This document shows positions 59,815 through 64,000 of a stretch of DNA of 64,000 bases, piece by piece (the stretch's first letter is position 1; every line of letters begins with the position of its first letter). The translations under genes were made by a program, and so were the position numbers. The DNA comes from an uncultured archaeon (GTDB lineage Archaea > Iainarchaeota > Iainarchaeia > Iainarchaeales > JAAZKV01), in the NCBI GenBank assembly GCA_964619405.1, contig CAZUCF010000001.1:33633-97632 (forward strand), read 5' to 3'. The notes beneath the pieces are model-generated. The model saw only the letters and a list, made by a program, of their open reading frames with translations. It ran no database searches and was not told where the DNA came from.

Positions 59815-60570
59815 ATGTTCAAAGGATTTCTCAAACATGTTAATAATATAATTGATGCAAGCAATCTAATATTCGAAATAATTGATGCACGGTATCCTGA
59901 AAAAACACGAAATTTTGAACTCGAAAAAAAAATTCTAAAAAAAGGAAAAAAATTAATAATTATAATAAACAAATCTGATTTAGTAGAAAAAGAAAAAATA
60001 GAGAATGATAAAGAAAAATTATTTAACAAAACAAGATTTAGAACCATATTTGTTTCAGCAAAAAATAAAACAGGAATAAACTTAATAAGAAAAGAAATAG
60101 GCATGGCAAAAAAAGGCAACTCATTAACAATAGGAATTATTGGTTACCCTAACACTGGCAAAAGCACTTTAATAAATTCAATTGCTGGAAAAGGAAAGGG
60201 CAGGGTCGCAACATCAAAAAAAGCTGGTTTAACAAGAGGCTTGCAAAGAATAAAAATAAGTGATGGAATTTATTTGCTTGATAGCCCAGGAATAATACCA
60301 AGAAAAAAAGAAGAAACAGATTTGTTTTTAGTTAACTCAAAAAATATTAACCAGTTAAAAGACCTTGAAGGAACCGCTTACAAAATAATACAAGAAATCG
60401 GTTTAGACAAAATGATACAATATTTTAGAATAAAAAAAGTTAGTGACGAAGAAGAATTTTTGGAAGAACTAGCAATAAAACAAAACTTATTAAAAAAAGG
60501 AGCTTTACCAGACACAATCAAATCAGCAAGATTCTTGCTTGAAAGATACCAAAAAAACGAATTAGTTTAA
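59815..60570 (+). CDS. circularly permuted ribosome-biogenesis GTPase (YlqF/RbgA/MMR-HSR1 family)
   Basis: The G4 motif NKSDL precedes the G1 motif GYPNTGKST and the G3 motif DSPG. Confidence 0.8.
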   Translation: MFKGFLKHVNNIIDASNLIFEIIDARYPEKTRNFELEKKILKKGKKLIIIINKSDLVEKEKIENDKEKLFNKTRFRTIFVSAKNKTGINLIRKEIGMAKKGNSLTIGIIGYPNTGKSTLINSIAGKGKGRVATSKKAGLTRGLQRIKISDGIYLLDSPGIIPRKKEETDLFLVNSKNINQLKDLEGTAYKIIQEIGLDKMIQYFRIKKVSDEEEFLEELAIKQNLLKKGALPDTIKSARFLLERYQKNELV

Positions 60571-60652
60571 AAACAAAAATAATACAAAAAAATAACTAAT
60601 TTGGCATAAAAATAATAAATAAAATATTAAAATTAATATATTTTATAAAAAA

Positions 60653-60760
60653 ATAAATTAACACTAAATAAAAAAATAAATTAACACTAAATAAAAAAAT
60701 AAATTAACACTAAATAAAAAAATTAATTAACATAAAATAAAATTAACATACTAAATAAAA
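60653..60760. repeat. 23-bp tandem direct repeat array (3 perfect + 2 degenerate copies)
   Basis: ataaattaacactaaataaaaaa occurs at 60653, 60676 and 60699. Degenerate copies (attaattaacataaaat...) follow. Confidence 0.7.
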
Positions 60761-60992
60761 TGTTATAATCAAATAAAAAATTAGAATTGCCTTACTTAAC
60801 AAAAAAATTAGTTCAAGGATTCTATTAACTCAATAATTTTTCTAATATTAATCTTGTTTTTCAAAGACTTTTCTTTCTCTAAACGCAAATTGAATTCCAT
60901 TAATAATTCTTCATTGTTAAAACGCATAATAATAATAAGAAAAAAAGGATTATAAAACAAACGAATTTGATAAAAATGATATTAAATAGAGT

Positions 60993-61415
60993 TCAAAGAA
61001 TTGATTGTTGACCAATAATAACATTCAAATCAATTGAATGCTTTTTGGCTTCATCTAATGAGAGCATATAATTTTTTCCAGCAAGGTGAAAAACATCATG
61101 TTTAAGGAAAAGCCAGCCCTTATTTGGAATCTTCCAAGCGACAACGAATTCAGCACCAGCTTTCTCAGCCCAACCAATTTCTTCATCTAACTGTTCTTTA
61201 ACAATTGGTAAATAATTGCCTTTTCTTGCCTTACACTCAAAAGCCAGTATTTTGCCGTTTAAAAGAGCAACAATATCAGGACAAGGCAAAGGGTTAACAC
61301 CAGAACCTGCAACACGCAAAACAGCAAACCCCTTTGAATCAAGAATTTTTATTAACTCTCGCTCAGCATTTGCACCTTTATTATAATGAGCCATAAATGA
61401 AATAATACAAAACAA
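60993..61415 (-). CDS. hjc: Holliday junction resolvase Hjc
   Basis: The protein contains GANAERELIKILDSKGFAVLRVAGSG...PDIVALLNGKILAFECKARK, the canonical Hjc pattern. The start is probably the internal ATG (MAHYNKG). Confidence 0.85.
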   Translation of the reverse strand: MFCIISFMAHYNKGANAERELIKILDSKGFAVLRVAGSGVNPLPCPDIVALLNGKILAFECKARKGNYLPIVKEQLDEEIGWAEKAGAEFVVAWKIPNKGWLFLKHDVFHLAGKNYMLSLDEAKKHSIDLNVIIGQQSIL

Positions 61416-61526
61416 GTTTAATAATAATATGATAACCTTATTTCTTCAAAAAGACAATTTTGTTCTCAAAAAGGTAAGTTTAAAATCCCTACATAACAAG
61501 AAAATCTTTAAGAATTAGGAATTTAA

Positions 61527-61781
61527 ATGAAAACGGTTGTAAAATTAAAGGTTTTTACCGGAAAACCAGTTACCAGAATTTATCTTGGTAATGACGGAGA
61601 AACATTATTAATTGATGTTAAAAACAAACCTGAAAAAAATAAAGCGAATAAGGAAATTATAAAAATATTAAAAAAGTTTTTTAAAAGCGAAGTCAAAATA
61701 GTTTCAGGGTTAAAACAAAAAAACAAAATTATTGAAATTTATTCTAAAAAAGAAGAAATATTCAAGAAATTTAAAGCCTAA
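61527..61781 (+). CDS. DUF167 (YggU/UPF0235) family protein
   Basis: 84 aa with the pattern VKLKVFTGKPVTRIY...LLIDVKNKPEKNKANKEIIKILKKFF. Confidence 0.6.
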   Translation: MKTVVKLKVFTGKPVTRIYLGNDGETLLIDVKNKPEKNKANKEIIKILKKFFKSEVKIVSGLKQKNKIIEIYSKKEEIFKKFKA

Positions 61782-61813
61782 TTCTAAAAAAATTAAAAAT
61801 AGGGAGTGAAAAA

Positions 61814-63247
61814 ATGGCAAAAACATATTTAAGTGCTATAAAATACGAAATAAAAGCAGTTTATGAAGTCGATGGAATAGTTGAGAAACCAGACATCATA
61901 GGAGCAATATTCGGCCAAAGCGAAGGCTTACTAGGCGAAGACATGGATCTAAAAGAATTACAACAAGCTGGAAAATTAGGAAGAATAGAAATAACTGTAA
62001 ACAAGCAAAAAGGAAAAACTACTGGAGAAATAATAATTCCTAGTTCATTAGACCAAGTAAAAACAAGTATTCTTGCGGCAACAATAGAAACAGTTGAAAA
62101 AGTTGGGCCTTGTAATACAACAGTAAAAATATTAAAAATAAATGATACAAGAAAAGAAAAAAGAGATATTATTACTGACAGAGCAAAACAATTGCTAACA
62201 AGAATGCAAAAATTTGAGGGAATAGAAACAACAGAAATCGCTGACAATATAAAAAGTCAAATAAGAACAGCAAAAATAATTAGTTTGAATGGCTTACCAG
62301 CAGGACCAGAAGCACAAACAAGCGAAGAAATAATAATTGTTGAAGGGAGAGCAGACGTTTTGAAACTATTAAGCTATGGAATAAAAAATGCTGTAGCAAT
62401 GAACGGAAGCAATATTGAAAAATCCTTAATAGATTTGTGCAAACAAAAAACAACAACAATGCTTGTTGATGGTGACAGGGGCGGAGAACTAAACGCAAAA
62501 AAATTAGCATCCCTAACAGACATTAATTTTGTTGCAAGAGCACCTGATGGAAAAGAAGTTGAAGAACTAACACAAAAAGAAATACTACAATCATTAAAAA
62601 GAAAACTAACAATCAATGATTTTTTAAAAGGAAAAACAAGTAATTATCCAAATCAAAAAAGTTATGAACCAAGACCATACAATTCATACCAAAACAATAA
62701 CTACAACAATAGAAATAATTACTCAAACTATAATAATAACACAAATAATAGAAACCCACGATTTGATAATAGGCGAAACGGATTCAACTCTTGGAAACCA
62801 AGAACACAAGAATATTTTGATCCATTCAAAGGAAATTATAGATCAAAACCACAAACAATAACAGCAAAAATTGATAATATAATAAAACCAATGCAATCTA
62901 TAACACAAAAACCAGCAACAATGCAAAATATAATACAAGAAAAACCAGTTACAATAAAACAAATAAATCCAAAAGAATTCGAATCAATAAAAAAAGATTT
63001 TGCAAAAATAAAGGGTAAATCAACCGCAAGATTCTATGATGAAAAAAACAAAAAAATCAAAGATGTTGCAGTAAAAGAACTTATTCACGCATTAGAAAAA
63101 CAAAAAAAGAAAATAAAGACAATACTAATTGATGGAATAATAACAAAAAGACTTATTGATTCTGCAGAAAAAATGAACGTAGAAAATATTATTGGCGCAA
63201 GAAAAAGCATAGCAAAATCAGAAAAAATAAATATAATAACAATTTAA
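61814..63247 (+). CDS. dnaG: archaeal DnaG-type primase (Toprim; exosome-associated) with N/Y/Q-rich C-terminal extension
   Basis: Begins MAKTYLSAIKYEIKAVYEVDGIVEKPDIIGAIFGQSEGLLGEDMDLKELQQAGKLGRIEI and has the Toprim region IIIVEGRADVLKL...LVDGDRGGE. A low-complexity tail (NYPNQKSYEPRPYNSYQNNNYNNRNNYSNYNNNTNNRNPRFDNRRNGF) follows. Confidence 0.85.
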   Translation: MAKTYLSAIKYEIKAVYEVDGIVEKPDIIGAIFGQSEGLLGEDMDLKELQQAGKLGRIEITVNKQKGKTTGEIIIPSSLDQVKTSILAATIETVEKVGPCNTTVKILKINDTRKEKRDIITDRAKQLLTRMQKFEGIETTEIADNIKSQIRTAKIISLNGLPAGPEAQTSEEIIIVEGRADVLKLLSYGIKNAVAMNGSNIEKSLIDLCKQKTTTMLVDGDRGGELNAKKLASLTDINFVARAPDGKEVEELTQKEILQSLKRKLTINDFLKGKTSNYPNQKSYEPRPYNSYQNNNYNNRNNYSNYNNNTNNRNPRFDNRRNGFNSWKPRTQEYFDPFKGNYRSKPQTITAKIDNIIKPMQSITQKPATMQNIIQEKPVTIKQINPKEFESIKKDFAKIKGKSTARFYDEKNKKIKDVAVKELIHALEKQKKKIKTILIDGIITKRLIDSAEKMNVENIIGARKSIAKSEKINIITI

Positions 63248-63273
63248 AAAAAATAGGAATTTTTTATTCCTAT

Positions 63274-63834
63274 TTATTTTTTCTTTTTAAGAATTTTTTT
63301 ATTAGAATCCTTATTTAATTCAATTTCTACTTGTTCAACTGGAACAATTATTGAGGACGAATTAAATAAAAACAATGCAAACAGGAAAATTATTGCCCAA
63401 ACAAAGAAAACACTTACTGGAGTAGCAAAAGCAGTCCAAAATTGTCTTGATGTTAAATATGTTTTACCACCAACTACTTGCGCACCAGTTATCTGGTACA
63501 ACGAGTTCTTACAATCCTGATACTTTAACTCTGACAAAATAGCATCCAACCCTTGAACATCCCCCTCAACACTATATGCTTTATCAACACAATAATTGAA
63601 TTCTTTTACTGCTGACCACGAATCAAACATTACTGCCCCCGATTGAATAAGCATTAACACCGAAATGACTATTAGAAAAGCTCCAATCATTTTTGGCAAC
63701 TGAGCATTCTTTGAACCAATTTTAAACAAAACAATTTTTTTCAAAATACCACCTAACAAATAAAAGAAAAACTTATATTTAAAGCTTCTTAAAAAAAGGT
63801 TTTTTAAAAAAAGTAAAATTGTTGTAAAAAACAA
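63274..63834 (-). CDS. membrane protein, hypothetical
   Basis: Has N-terminal TM helices. Confidence 0.4.
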   Translation of the reverse strand: MFFTTILLFLKNLFLRSFKYKFFFYLLGGILKKIVLFKIGSKNAQLPKMIGAFLIVISVLMLIQSGAVMFDSWSAVKEFNYCVDKAYSVEGDVQGLDAILSELKYQDCKNSLYQITGAQVVGGKTYLTSRQFWTAFATPVSVFFVWAIIFLFALFLFNSSSIIVPVEQVEIELNKDSNKKILKKKK

Positions 63835-63973
63835 GGAAAAACTTAAGGTTTAAAAAGAAACTGCTAAACAATCTTTTTAGTTAAAATATGTTAATAAAAA
63901 CATATTATCAAAATAAACAAGTTGAACTCGCTCAAAGAACGAGCAATTTTGATCAAACTTTTTTCAAAAGTTT

Positions 63974-64000
63974 GGGCCGGTGGTCTAGCGGCTATGACAT
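63974..64000 (+). tRNA. 5' part of a tRNA gene truncated by the window end
   Basis: GGGCCGG-T-G-GTCT-AGCGGCTA-TGAC... has a 7-nt acceptor strand, U8 and a D-arm with A14 and GG. This GC-rich island lies in an AT-rich spacer. Confidence 0.5.

Noticed and set aside
60653-60760. CRISPR array
   Set aside because: Repeats are 23 bp with no intervening unique spacers, and there are only three perfect copies. No cas genes are nearby. It is called a simple tandem repeat instead.

Overview
This is a very AT-rich, K/N/I-rich, densely packed archaeal chromosome segment. Its gene content suggests a small-genome DPANN-type archaeon; this is an inference from composition and gene families, not a database hit. 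Recognisable archaeal housekeeping genes include the CDC48 AAA ATPase (partial), topoisomerase IA, Lrp/AsnC, RFC small subunit, archaeal-type ProRS and ThrRS, ABCE1 and Pelota, Elp3, Taw3, CCA-adding enzyme, aEF-1beta with its Zn-ribbon partner, Rad50, HerA, NurA, RpoK, S17e, an IscS/IscU pair, Pth2, a circularly permuted GTPase, Hjc and archaeal DnaG. The centre of the window (about 19.7 to 36.2 kb) holds a large Tad-like archaeal type IV pilus locus. It contains a KlbA/TadA-like secretion ATPase interrupted by a LAGLIDADG intein, two T2SS-F-domain platform genes, a PibD/FlaK-type prepilin peptidase and at least 12 genes with class III (archaeal pilin) signal peptides. One of these is a 46-aa Flp-like pilin. 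Another is a roughly 1350-aa pilin-fused protein built from three tandem ~400-aa GLUG/beta-helix-like repeat modules, with DNA segments up to 312 bp perfectly duplicated inside the gene. This giant protein is a strong candidate host- or surface-attachment adhesin. A second intein splits IscU, a compositionally distinct free-standing LAGLIDADG-like gene lies beside nreA, and there is an intron-containing tRNA-Arg. Other features are a four-hairpin GC-rich RNA element after the Flp pilin gene, a 23-bp tandem repeat array and a 520-bp A-rich intergenic tract. No rRNA, CRISPR array or classical IS element was seen.
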